This document shows, piece by piece, positions 1-9,991 of a stretch of DNA of 64,000 bases. Position 1 is the stretch's first letter. The number at the start of each line of letters is the position of its first letter. Below the pieces are notes generated by a model. That model saw only the letters and a list, made by a program, of their open reading frames with translations. It did not search any database and was not told where the DNA came from. The stretch is from Paludibacteraceae bacterium (GTDB taxonomy: Bacteria > Bacteroidota > Bacteroidia > Bacteroidales > Paludibacteraceae): positions 2,733 through 66,732 of the forward strand of contig JAZRXL010000040.1 of assembly GCA_045600225.1 (NCBI GenBank), given 5' to 3'. A program made the translations under genes and the position numbers.

Positions 1-3000
1 GTACACTCCTGGATCTACTATAACGCCATTCTTAGTTCCATCCCAACCGTCATTTCCTTCAAACACCTTCATTCCATAACGATCGAATATAACCACATAG
101 AATCCCTTCATAAACACATCGTTCATTCCATCTTGGATATGAGGAGTAATCGCAGTAGGGATAAGTACACCTATTTCGAGAGAAGAACTAGTTGACGGAC
201 AAACGCCATCCGAAGCAAATACCTTGTATTCTGCAGACGACTGAGGAAGATAACCAAGCAATTGGTTATAATCCGTAATTGCAAGAGAATTACCATTGAT
301 TGTCCATTCGAATGAGATTGGCTCTCCTTGAACAATTTCTGCCAAGAAATCAACTGTAGAACCGATTGTCACCTCTGGTTTAGATGCAATCAAGTTTATT
401 ACTGGCTGCTCATACACCTTAACTGGTCCTAACACGAAAGGAACATCAGGACAAACTCCATCAGATGCGATAACCGTATAAGAATATTCTCCAGGCAAAG
501 CAGGAACATCTACCTTTGTCCATGGTTGATTAAACGGAATCTTATAATCTATAGATAAACCATACCAATCAAATGATGTAGGAGCACCTTGGTATACATT
601 CTTCACAAAATGTACGGAATCACCCAAACATATGTTATACTCATTTGTTGGAATTGCAATGTCAAAGAGAATAGGCTGATGAATATCGATCACAATTCCA
701 CCATTAGCATCAAATGCGCCAGGACATACACCATCATATACAACAGCAACAAATCTCTTCATGTTGCTATTAGGTAAAACTTGCCAAGAGTACGACATAT
801 CCGAACTTTGAACACTACTCATAAGAATAGGATTTTCCGTAGTCCAATCATACAAGTCATATTGCAAAGGTTCTCCAGAATATGCGGTAGCAGTAATCGT
901 TATTGGCAAACTCTCAGCTTGCTCACAGAACACATTCGTAGAAGAAGCCAAAGAAACAGTAACAGGTTCGTTAACCTTAACTGTTACAGTATCGGATTGT
1001 AACGGAGGGAATTTTTCTGTGCCGTAACAGATTCCATCCGATATGTTTGCAAAATAAGAATCATATCCTCTATAGGCTTCCGACCAGATTAAGGACTCAT
1101 TAAGATTTCCTACAGAACCTGCTCCAACCTTTTGCCATGAGAACATCTTCAAAAAGTTCAATGCCTCTGCTGGCTCAACCGAAACAAAATCAACTCTAAA
1201 GATTTCGTTTGCACAAACATTAGAGTTCGAAACCTCAACATGAGCCTTAAATGGAGTCTGAATTACAACAGGGACAACATTAGACATTACTGGTCCACAA
1301 ATATTTCCATCGTTTATTGTAACTGAATAGTACAATACAGATCCAGGAACAAATCCTTGATAATTATTCATGGTGTCAACCAACATCATTGGGTTTGGTT
1401 GATACAAATTCTTTACATTATACAAAGAATCATTCAATGCAGAATGGAACTCATAGGTATAATGAACGAACGAGTCTAACGCCTGCGTATTTGTAGAAAC
1501 CAATGTTATCAAATCATTCTTAGAACATGCAAACGACTTATCCGTTACCAATGAGACTTCGTATGGAGTATTGATGCTCACATAATCAACAGCTGTCTCA
1601 GGAGATGCAGAGGAAACACAAATTCCATCAAAAGCAAACACCTCAAATTTCACTTGGTCGGCTGGTCTCATCCATCCTTCCAATGAAGTCACATCCAAGG
1701 TTGTCGACTCAGAAATATATTCCATTTCCTTGTCATTTGCAGTTCTTCTATAAATGAATCCAGGAATATGATTTATGGCATTTGCCGGATCAACAGAAAC
1801 ATTCAACTCCAACTTATCCCCTGGCTGGTAACAAACCGAATTAGAAGATGCAGAAAGGGACAAGCGGAATGGCTCATTCACATCAAAATGTAATGTGTCA
1901 TTTGACATGGCTGAAGAACAAATGCTATCATCTGCCACAACAAATATCTTAAACGAATTTCCTGGAACAAATAGTTCAGGATGTTCTTGTTTAGACAATG
2001 TCAACTGAGATTCTGTTGCCTTACCAGCCAACAACAATCGAGTATTATTCAATGTGTCAATTGCATACCAACTATAACTCTTAATGTAAGCACGAGAAGA
2101 TTCAGGAGTCACTACTGTCGAGATAACAGCGCTCTCTGTAGAACAAATCTTCTTAACAGGACATGTAATAGACAATGTGTAATTAATTGCAATATTAGAT
2201 GTAAACTCATGTTCAACATCCGGACAAATACCATCCGAAGTTACTAATTTGAATGTACCCGTCATGCTTTGCTCTACTGGATAAGCATACGACAAACCAG
2301 TACCAATCAAAGGGGTTCCATTCAAAGACCAAGAGTAAGAGGCAATATGATTCACAGCATTTGCAGAATCAATTGTTGCCATAATATTGAAGTTATTTGA
2401 CTCTGCAGTCAAACATGAATCTGGCTCATTGAATTTCCAATCATAAGCATTGTATTTTACAGAGATCTCGTTTGACTCATTCTCACTCTTACAAGTCATA
2501 TCATAAACAGAGACCTTGTAGACTGCAGTATTTCCTGATTTGAAAATAGAAGGATAAGTTGCATCATCAAGAACAACCTTAAATGTCTCGTTCAACTCCG
2601 TCAACTCCTTTAATTTATTTCCATTCATATACAAATCAACCTTTTCTATATTCAGCAACGCTGTTGCTGGAGATATCGTGATTTGCAATTCTTGAGATCT
2701 TTGATTCAACAAACATACAGCATTGCTTGCATCCATAAACATAGAGAATCCACCTTCACGGATTTCTATACTTATCTCTGACGGAGCAGCATCATGCTCT
2801 ATTGTCGCACAGACATCTGTTGTTGTTGCAGAGATATAAGCCATCAACTGATTAGCTTTAATTTGAGTCTTTTCCCCGTTCAACAAATCCAAATTAGTGA
2901 ATGTCAACTCTTTTGTTGTAGTTACGGTATCCACAGAAGAACCATCAGAGAACTCAACATGCCACTTATACGATGTAATCTTCTGATCAATCTTTGCTGC

Positions 3001-6000
3001 CTCTTCTGCGCTTATCACGTCAGTCTTTACCTTAGCAGTCAAAACCAAAACCTCCGTGTCATAACTCCTCTCGTTGGTAGATACACAAACAGGATCCTTA
3101 CTTGAAGTAATAGACATTGTGTAATGCCCATTGTGGATTGAATAAGGAACCTCTATTTGGTCTTGTAAGAAGCAATATTTATCATCTACATTTACCGGAG
3201 TAATCTTAACACTACCCTCAATCACAGAATATGCATTTAGATTGTCAGGCACAAAAGTTTGAGTAGTATCATCCACAACTTTCACTGTTCCCGGCACCGA
3301 AGACCAATCAAACACCAATGTTGGTTCAGTATAGTTTCTTACCACCTTCACTGTTGCAGAGTTGCAATCAACAATACTTGATGCTTCTGGAGCAATATTC
3401 AAATTCATCTTTGCATGAGTAACCACATTCTGATAGAATGAGCAACCTCCTTCATCGTTTCCTCTGAAGATCAAAGAATCCATCTTAGCAAATGGGAAGG
3501 TTCCCAAATCTGTTCCATCAGATGCCTTTACTGAAAATTCATTTCCTTCTAAAACTGTCAAGGTTAGAGTATCCTTAGATACACCTTTAACATCCTTAGT
3601 ATATATCACAGTACTATCAGAAGCCAACCAAGACATTGTCCACTCATGGTCTGCAACAGTTAAAATTCTTTCGCCAGGAATTTGAACAACAGTTCCAGGA
3701 ATATTACAAAATGCAACAGAATCTCTTGGAGCCATCTCTCCTCCGTAAGTATTTCGAATCGTGATATTCGTAGTCGCTTGGTGGAATGTAAACTCACATT
3801 CTGTCAATTCAGAAATCATTCCATCTGCCACTTTACGGATAACATCCTTATCATCGGAAACGATAACACGATACGAAACCTCTCCCCAGAAATTAGAATC
3901 TTTTGTCGACACAGAGGCTGAGTCTATACTCATCATTTCAGGATGACTTGAATAGTCAATCAAATCAACCCACTTTTTCTCAGTTCCAACCGTCTTCTCA
4001 TATTGGAATATATAAAGAGGATTCTCCAAGTATGTACTGGTTTGGAATGCATGTAAAACGACCTCGTCGCCAGAGCAAGAAACAGCCTCGCTCTTCAAAG
4101 TGTCTCCGTGCATTGTTGCCAACAAACCTGCCTTAGGAATACATACAGAGAAGGTGATATCATCCAACAACATATCGTTTCCATCACCCGATTTACCATC
4201 ATTATAAATAACCACCCACACATAAGGTGTTTTGTCTGCCAACTGAATGAACTCATCAATACGGGTCCAATCTTTTCCTGCAACAACATCTCCTGTTGTA
4301 ACGCGACCCAACACATTAGGATCACCAGCATTTGGCAATGTTTTTGCATCATCATTGAACTCTTTCAACAAACAAATAGTTAAGTTCACAGGATTCTTAG
4401 ACTCTGTAGAATCAACATTAGTTGCGTTTCGCACGCTCATACCGAAGTTGAATCGGTCTGCAGGACACGACAAAGAAGCTTTTTGTGCATAAATAGCTGC
4501 TTTAGAAACATCTGTTTGTCCAGCGTTCACAAACAACATTGCTCCATTTTTGTTTCCTGTATAATCCGAACATGCAATAAAATCTTTATGATTCTTGTTA
4601 TGGTCACAGCTATCTGGAGAACTCACAATTGCATAGTAACCATCTTGCAAACGCAAAGATCCATCAGTACACCAAGTATCTTGCATATATTGGCTCAACA
4701 TTGGATTCTCTGTCAAATACAAGTGTCCGTTAGTTCCCACAAACTGGTTGGCTCCATTTCCGTCTGGATTAATAAAGTTAGTTGCCGTAACCACACATCC
4801 ATTAGGATCAGGAGCGACAAAGTGACGAATTGACATTGTATTCGGAGCAGACATATCTACCGACATCTTATCCCCTGCACTTGCACGAGCCGAATAGTAA
4901 TCTCCCTTGTAAACGAAATCACCAGAAGTGAACTTGTCACCACTTGCATTCATCGTTACAGAAGTTGTATGATCAACATCAATCTTAGATTGATAAATCG
5001 CTTCATCTCTAACATAAACATTCTCAGCCATGAAGAATCCGAATGTTTCGTAGAACAAAGTCTTCATCTCCAATCCATCACAATATTGTTGGCTTGAACA
5101 ATCTGGTTTTGGATAGAATAGGCCTTCCGACAAACCATTGTACTCAACCTTGTAGTAATAGTCGTTTTCTGCCCACACAGGAAGTTGATAAGTACTTTGG
5201 TCGTCTATATATACCCATGAAATAGAGTCCTTTGAATAGTACCATTTAAAAACAGGCTTCTCAATATCCTCTAACATCGCAGTTCCCACCGCCATCAATA
5301 TGTTTGTATCTTGCAAACAAGAACTAATTGGAAATTTAGATGCGATAAAGAAAGAGCACTCCCTTGACTCCACGTCAACGCTTCCAACATAAAGCTCATC
5401 TGCATACAAGGAGTATGTAGTAGACTCTGTCGGCGAAACAGCGATGTAAGGTACATTTGTTATACCCACCACTTGATTATCAGCATCTCTCCACACATAG
5501 GAAGAGGCTCCTGTAAAGTTAGTATATAACGAATCGGAACCACCAAGACATGCATATCCACGCTTAGCAGACACAGTGAATCCACAATCCGACATAGGGG
5601 TCACCTCAACTTTTGCTGAAGCAACTTTCAATCCATCCGCGAAAACAGAAAAATTATAGATTCCTGATTTTTTCGGGGTTACAGATATTGAACTGGTTGT
5701 AGTTGATCCGTAATCATTCCCTAAATCATCCTTCCAAGAATAGGAAGTGCCACTAGTATAAGTCGTAGCCAAGTTAATTGCTTTACTCAAGCACACTTTT
5801 GTACCAGAGGTTGTCATAAAGAAACCGCAGTCCTCCAATGACGGACTAACTTCAATAGAACTAACAACAGTCTCACCTCCCGATTTTGCGACCACTTTCG
5901 AAATGAAAGTAACAGGTTTCAATGTTTCCATTGTATAGGAAATGCTTGTCTTATCAGCATATTGGGTCAACCAAGTAGTATCGGAAGCTGATTTCAAAAC

Positions 6001-6474
6001 GCCCCAAGAGACATTATAAGAAGACAAATCCACATCAACAACGTATAGATTCGCATCAGCACCCAAACAAACACTCTCCTCATCAACAGTAATAGCACCC
6101 AAAGCGCCACCATCAATCACATAAACAGTCTGATTGGAAGGATCATACCTCATTGCTATCTTGCCATTCGCCTCGCCAGAAGTTTGGATCTTCATCTTGG
6201 TAGGATCAGAAGCATACACATAATTCTTAGAGAACATACTACTTTGAGAGTAGTCAACATTAAGAATTGTAACATCTCCGAACATCACTGTTCCATTAAA
6301 CCCATTTGCATCGATTGTCACATAACGACCTGACACTTCAAGTGTAGCTGAACCATTCCATCTATCACCCACCTCACAAGTCATAGAAGAAACAGCACAA
6401 ACATTAAAAACAAAAGAAACAACAGCTAAAAAGGTTCCTTTTATCCAATTATTTTTCACTAAAGTGTCTTTCAT
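1..6474 (-). CDS. Giant secreted cell-surface protein, 3'-truncated by the window edge (at least 2158 aa), with a T9SS type B C-terminal sorting domain
   Basis: Absent from the ORF track because no stop lies inside the window. ATG at 6474..6472, and 6474 = 3 x 2158. A full manual translation met no stop, and explicit triplet checks of eleven 60-nt lines found no in-frame tta/cta/tca. The N-terminus MKDTLVKNNWIKGTFLAVVSFVFNVCAVSS is signal-like. The last residues IPTAITPHIQDGMNDVFMKGFYVVIFDRYGMKVFEGNDGWDGTKNGVIVDPGVY fit the gliding-motility/T9SS type B CTD pattern. Many Ig-like modules end in SDG(I/V)C-type motifs. Confidence 0.85.
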   Translation of the reverse strand, partial: MKDTLVKNNWIKGTFLAVVSFVFNVCAVSSMTCEVGDRWNGSATLEVSGRYVTIDANGFNGTVMFGDVTILNVDYSQSSMFSKNYVYASDPTKMKIQTSGEANGKIAMRYDPSNQTVYVIDGGALGAITVDEESVCLGADANLYVVDVDLSSYNVSWGVLKSASDTTWLTQYADKTSISYTMETLKPVTFISKVVAKSGGETVVSSIEVSPSLEDCGFFMTTSGTKVCLSKAINLATTYTSGTSYSWKDDLGNDYGSTTTSSISVTPKKSGIYNFSVFADGLKVASAKVEVTPMSDCGFTVSAKRGYACLGGSDSLYTNFTGASSYVWRDADNQVVGITNVPYIAVSPTESTTYSLYADELYVGSVDVESRECSFFIASKFPISSCLQDTNILMAVGTAMLEDIEKPVFKWYYSKDSISWVYIDDQSTYQLPVWAENDYYYKVEYNGLSEGLFYPKPDCSSQQYCDGLEMKTLFYETFGFFMAENVYVRDEAIYQSKIDVDHTTSVTMNASGDKFTSGDFVYKGDYYSARASAGDKMSVDMSAPNTMSIRHFVAPDPNGCVVTATNFINPDGNGANQFVGTNGHLYLTENPMLSQYMQDTWCTDGSLRLQDGYYAIVSSPDSCDHNKNHKDFIACSDYTGNKNGAMLFVNAGQTDVSKAAIYAQKASLSCPADRFNFGMSVRNATNVDSTESKNPVNLTICLLKEFNDDAKTLPNAGDPNVLGRVTTGDVVAGKDWTRIDEFIQLADKTPYVWVVIYNDGKSGDGNDMLLDDITFSVCIPKAGLLATMHGDTLKSEAVSCSGDEVVLHAFQTSTYLENPLYIFQYEKTVGTEKKWVDLIDYSSHPEMMSIDSASVSTKDSNFWGEVSYRVIVSDDKDVIRKVADGMISELTECEFTFHQATTNITIRNTYGGEMAPRDSVAFCNIPGTVVQIPGERILTVADHEWTMSWLASDSTVIYTKDVKGVSKDTLTLTVLEGNEFSVKASDGTDLGTFPFAKMDSLIFRGNDEGGCSFYQNVVTHAKMNLNIAPEASSIVDCNSATVKVVRNYTEPTLVFDWSSVPGTVKVVDDTTQTFVPDNLNAYSVIEGSVKITPVNVDDKYCFLQDQIEVPYSIHNGHYTMSITSSKDPVCVSTNERSYDTEVLVLTAKVKTDVISAEEAAKIDQKITSYKWHVEFSDGSSVDTVTTTKELTFTNLDLLNGEKTQIKANQLMAYISATTTDVCATIEHDAAPSEISIEIREGGFSMFMDASNAVCLLNQRSQELQITISPATALLNIEKVDLYMNGNKLKELTELNETFKVVLDDATYPSIFKSGNTAVYKVSVYDMTCKSENESNEISVKYNAYDWKFNEPDSCLTAESNNFNIMATIDSANAVNHIASYSWSLNGTPLIGTGLSYAYPVEQSMTGTFKLVTSDGICPDVEHEFTSNIAINYTLSITCPVKKICSTESAVISTVVTPESSRAYIKSYSWYAIDTLNNTRLLLAGKATESQLTLSKQEHPELFVPGNSFKIFVVADDSICSSAMSNDTLHFDVNEPFRLSLSASSNSVCYQPGDKLELNVSVDPANAINHIPGFIYRRTANDKEMEYISESTTLDVTSLEGWMRPADQVKFEVFAFDGICVSSASPETAVDYVSINTPYEVSLVTDKSFACSKNDLITLVSTNTQALDSFVHYTYEFHSALNDSLYNVKNLYQPNPMMLVDTMNNYQGFVPGSVLYYSVTINDGNICGPVMSNVVPVVIQTPFKAHVEVSNSNVCANEIFRVDFVSVEPAEALNFLKMFSWQKVGAGSVGNLNESLIWSEAYRGYDSYFANISDGICYGTEKFPPLQSDTVTVKVNEPVTVSLASSTNVFCEQAESLPITITATAYSGEPLQYDLYDWTTENPILMSSVQSSDMSYSWQVLPNSNMKRFVAVVYDGVCPGAFDANGGIVIDIHQPILFDIAIPTNEYNICLGDSVHFVKNVYQGAPTSFDWYGLSIDYKIPFNQPWTKVDVPALPGEYSYTVIASDGVCPDVPFVLGPVKVYEQPVINLIASKPEVTIGSTVDFLAEIVQGEPISFEWTINGNSLAITDYNQLLGYLPQSSAEYKVFASDGVCPSTSSSLEIGVLIPTAITPHIQDGMNDVFMKGFYVVIFDRYGMKVFEGNDGWDGTKNGVIVDPGVY

Positions 6475-6578
6475 AACGTCGTAACAACTTAACTCTTAAT
6501 ACTTAGTCTCAAATTATTATGTAATAAAAATGGTCGATGCCAACATTCTTTGTGAGCACACTACGCACAAAAAACGAG

Positions 6579-6586
6579 CAAATATA
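6579..6586 (-). promoter_or_regulatory. Candidate Bacteroides-type -7 box (TATATTTG on minus strand) for the giant gene
   Basis: Plus-strand CAAATATA is the reverse complement of TAnnTTTG, about 105 nt upstream of the ATG at 6474. Confidence 0.3.
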
Positions 6587-6649
6587 AGAAAACCTAGTAA
6601 AAAAAGGAAGAATATATTAAAAAAAACTAAAACTAAGAATCTATTTTTT

Positions 6650-8482
6650 TTAGAAAGATTGCATTGAGTACAATTTTCGATATAAACCATCTTTCTTCAG
6701 AAGCTCATCATGAGTTCCTCTTTCCACAATCTCTCCTTCATGCAAAACGCAAATTTCATCAGCATTCTTGATTGTAGACAAACGATGGGCAATCACAATA
6801 GTTGTTCTTGATTTCATCAAATTCTCCAAAGCTTCTTGCACCAGCTTTTCCGATTCCGTATCCAACGCAGAGGTTGCCTCATCCAAAATTAAAATTGGTG
6901 GATTTTTCAAAATAGCCCTAGCTATACTTAATCGTTGACGTTGTCCTCCCGACAAACGACCACCTCTATCGCCAATATTCGTTTGGTAGCCATCTTCCAT
7001 TGCCACAATAAACTCATGGGCATTAGCAATCTTTGCCGCTTCAATCACTTGTTCCTCTGTAGCATTTTCAACTCCAAATGTAATGTTATTAAATACGGTA
7101 TCGTTAAACAGAATCGCCTCCTGATTCACATTACCCATGTAGGATCTTAAATCGTGCAAAGTCATATTCTTCACATTGACACCATCAATGGTAATCTCTC
7201 CTTCGTTCACATCATAGAAGCGAGGCAATAAATCGACCATTGTTGATTTTCCCGATCCTGATTGACCAACCAATGCCACCATCTTTCCCTTCTCTATGGT
7301 TAAGTCAATGTTTCTCAACACCCAATTATCCTCGTATTTGAAAGATACATTTTTATATTCAATCTTGTTTTCAAAAGGTTTGGGTGCCACAGGATTCTTA
7401 ACCTCTTTTAAAGGGTTCACTGCTGTCAACACCATGTCTATACGATCCAAAGAGGCCTTACCTTTTTGAATGCTATACATCGCTTTGGAAAGTTCTTTAG
7501 CCGGATTAATAATACTATAAAATATAACTAAATAGTATATGAATTCAGCAGCAGACAACGAGCTGTTATCATTTAGAATGAGCATACCACCAAAGAACAA
7601 GACTACCGCAATGGTTGCTGTACCCAAGAATTCACTCATCGGGTGTGCTAACATATAGCGACGGTTCACCTTTGTTGTTGTCCTTCTCAAATTATCGTTT
7701 AAATGATGGAAATTCTTTCCTACCGATTTTTCTGCATTGAACGCTTTAATTACTCTCAAGCCCCCCAATGTCTCCTCTATTTGAGATAACAGTTGGCCAG
7801 ATTGTTCTTGTGCTGTTTTCGACTGTCTCTTCAACGACTTACCCACTCTACCCATAACAAAGCCGGCGAATGGAAGCACAGCCAACACAAAAAGAGTGAG
7901 TTTCCAACTTAACAATAAGAGAATACATAGATAGATAACAATCATAATTGGGTTTTTGGACAACAATTCGATGGAACTCATAATAGAAGCTTCCACCTCA
8001 TTCACATCCCCCATCATACGGGCCATAATATCGCCCTTCTTCTGTCTACTGAAGAACCCTAAATTCAGATCAACCACCTTCTCATAGAGTTGGTTACGCA
8101 TATCGCGCACCAACCCTGTTCGAAGAGGTATGATAAAATAACTTGCCAAATAGGCAACTCCTGTTTTCAAAAATGTCGTAAACACCAAGAAGAAAGCCAA
8201 AAGCATCAATGTGCTTAAAGCTCCATGAACCTCAATATAATTTGCCACCCAACAATAGGCATTGTTCTTTATCACATCAAAGTTCCAAGAGAATGGCAAA
8301 TAGGTATATGTAACACTTTTCGTCTTAAACAAGATCTCCAAAATTGGAACGATCAAAGCAAAAGAGAAAAGGCTAAATATGGTTGATAAAATGTTGCATA
8401 GAACATTTAGAATGACATTCTTCTTATAAGGTCCTACAAACCTTTTTATCAACCTAATGAACTGAGGTTCCGAAATATTCAT
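6650..8482 (-). CDS. ABC transporter permease/ATP-binding protein, MsbA-like exporter
   Basis: 610 aa with an N-terminal 6-TM exporter domain. Walker A GQSGSGKST, signature LSGGQRQR, Walker B ILILDEATSALD. Confidence 0.9.
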   Translation of the reverse strand: MNISEPQFIRLIKRFVGPYKKNVILNVLCNILSTIFSLFSFALIVPILEILFKTKSVTYTYLPFSWNFDVIKNNAYCWVANYIEVHGALSTLMLLAFFLVFTTFLKTGVAYLASYFIIPLRTGLVRDMRNQLYEKVVDLNLGFFSRQKKGDIMARMMGDVNEVEASIMSSIELLSKNPIMIVIYLCILLLLSWKLTLFVLAVLPFAGFVMGRVGKSLKRQSKTAQEQSGQLLSQIEETLGGLRVIKAFNAEKSVGKNFHHLNDNLRRTTTKVNRRYMLAHPMSEFLGTATIAVVLFFGGMLILNDNSSLSAAEFIYYLVIFYSIINPAKELSKAMYSIQKGKASLDRIDMVLTAVNPLKEVKNPVAPKPFENKIEYKNVSFKYEDNWVLRNIDLTIEKGKMVALVGQSGSGKSTMVDLLPRFYDVNEGEITIDGVNVKNMTLHDLRSYMGNVNQEAILFNDTVFNNITFGVENATEEQVIEAAKIANAHEFIVAMEDGYQTNIGDRGGRLSGGQRQRLSIARAILKNPPILILDEATSALDTESEKLVQEALENLMKSRTTIVIAHRLSTIKNADEICVLHEGEIVERGTHDELLKKDGLYRKLYSMQSF

Positions 8483-8492
8483 TCGTATGGTA

Positions 8493-9836
8493 TTACATTC
8501 CTGTATAATTGTGAGGAGTAATTGCTCTCAACTCGTTCTTTACAGACTCGCTTACATTCAAAGTCTCGATGAAATCCTTGATCGACTTCTCTGTGATACC
8601 TTCATTGGTACGGGTCAACGCCTTCAATGTCTCGTACGGATTTGGATAACCTTCGCGACGAAGAATGGTTTGAATACCCTCGGCTACTACAGCCCAACAC
8701 TTATCCAAATCATTATACAAAGCCTTTTCATTCAACAACAGCTTGCCAATTCCCTTCAAAGAGCTTTGGATAGCAATGATGATATGTGAGAACGGAACAC
8801 CAACGTTACGCAAAACGGTTGAATCGGTCAAGTCGCGTTGCAAACGAGAGATCGGCAACTTGATTGACAAGTGTTGAAGGATTGCACTTGCAATACCCAA
8901 GTTTCCTTCTGCATTCTCGAAATCGATAGGATTCACCTTATGAGGCATAGCGGAAGAGCCCACCTCGCCGGCCTTGATCTTCTGTTTGAAATACTCCATA
9001 GAGATGTATTGCCAGAAGTCGCGGTTCATATCGATCATGATCGTATTGATACGGGTCAAGCAATCGAAGATAGCACCCAAATTATCGTAGTTGGAAATTT
9101 GAGTCGTCCACTGCTCTCTTTGCAAACCAAGGATATCATTTACGAAATGGTTACCAAATGCCTTCCAATCGTTTTGAGGGTATGCCACGTGATGTGCATT
9201 GAAGTTACCCGTTGCACCACCAAACTTAGCCGGCAACTGCATCTGCTTCAACTGGTTCAACTGAACAGTCAGACGGTTGACGAAGACCATGATCTCCTTA
9301 CCCAAACGGGTTGGAGATGCTGGTTGACCATGTGTCTTGGCCAACATGGCAATATCCTTCCACTCGTCTGCACGAGCCTGCAATTCGCTGATCAACTTCT
9401 CCAAATTAGGAACGTACACATTCTTGATAGCCTCCTTAATAGAATAAGGGATGGAAGTGTTGTTGATATCCTGAGAAGTCAATCCGAAGTGGATGAACTC
9501 CTTGAACTGCTGAAGGTTCAAGGCATCAAACTTTTCCTTGATGAAATACTCGACTGCCTTCACATCGTGATTAGTCACCTTCTCGATGTCCTTAATCTTT
9601 TGAGCATCTTCCAAAGAGAAGTTCTTGTAGATCTCTCTCAAAGCGGCGAACTTCGAAGAATCAAAATCCTTCAAGTTAGGGAGAGGCAAGTCGCACAATG
9701 CGATGAAATACTCTACCTCAACCAGCACCCTGTAACGGATAAGTGCGAATTCTGAAAAATACTCGGCCAAAGCCTCCGATTTGCTTCTGTATCTTCCGTC
9801 TACCGGAGAGATGGCAGTCAATGCATTCAATTCCAT
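8493..9836 (-). CDS. purB: Adenylosuccinate lyase
   Basis: 447 aa. The N-terminus LTAISPVDGRYRSK and the SSAMPHKVNP signature are typical of the PurB/fumarate lyase family. Confidence 0.92.
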   Translation of the reverse strand: MELNALTAISPVDGRYRSKSEALAEYFSEFALIRYRVLVEVEYFIALCDLPLPNLKDFDSSKFAALREIYKNFSLEDAQKIKDIEKVTNHDVKAVEYFIKEKFDALNLQQFKEFIHFGLTSQDINNTSIPYSIKEAIKNVYVPNLEKLISELQARADEWKDIAMLAKTHGQPASPTRLGKEIMVFVNRLTVQLNQLKQMQLPAKFGGATGNFNAHHVAYPQNDWKAFGNHFVNDILGLQREQWTTQISNYDNLGAIFDCLTRINTIMIDMNRDFWQYISMEYFKQKIKAGEVGSSAMPHKVNPIDFENAEGNLGIASAILQHLSIKLPISRLQRDLTDSTVLRNVGVPFSHIIIAIQSSLKGIGKLLLNEKALYNDLDKCWAVVAEGIQTILRREGYPNPYETLKALTRTNEGITEKSIKDFIETLNVSESVKNELRAITPHNYTGM

Positions 9837-9898
9837 ACTTATTATGTATTCTTTTTTAATTATTTTCTAATTGAAAGGGCAAATTTACAAAATCATTT

Positions 9899-9945
9899 GC
9901 AAAAAGCAAAAAAAGTGGACCATCCACAAAACGGTGGACCACTTT
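9899..9945 (-). terminator. Rho-independent terminator after the 572-aa gene
   Basis: Hairpin AAAGTGG...CCACTTT with inner TCCAC/GTGGA pairing. On the minus strand it is followed by CTTTTTTTGCTTTTT. Confidence 0.6.
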
Positions 9946-9991
9946 AGAAGTTGTCTAGAAGTTCACAAAAAAAACTTCTTATTTGACTTTC

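Noticed and set aside
8871-9755. Long antisense ORFs inside well-supported genes (for example 8871..9755, 13042..13644, 20743..21582, 34140..34721, 41134..41985 and 51438..52130)
   Set aside because: Each lies fully inside, and antisense to, a gene with strong family motifs (purB, the repeat adhesin, the decarboxylase, rny, metG, uvrA). Their translations are low-complexity or rich in rare residues. These are shadow ORFs.
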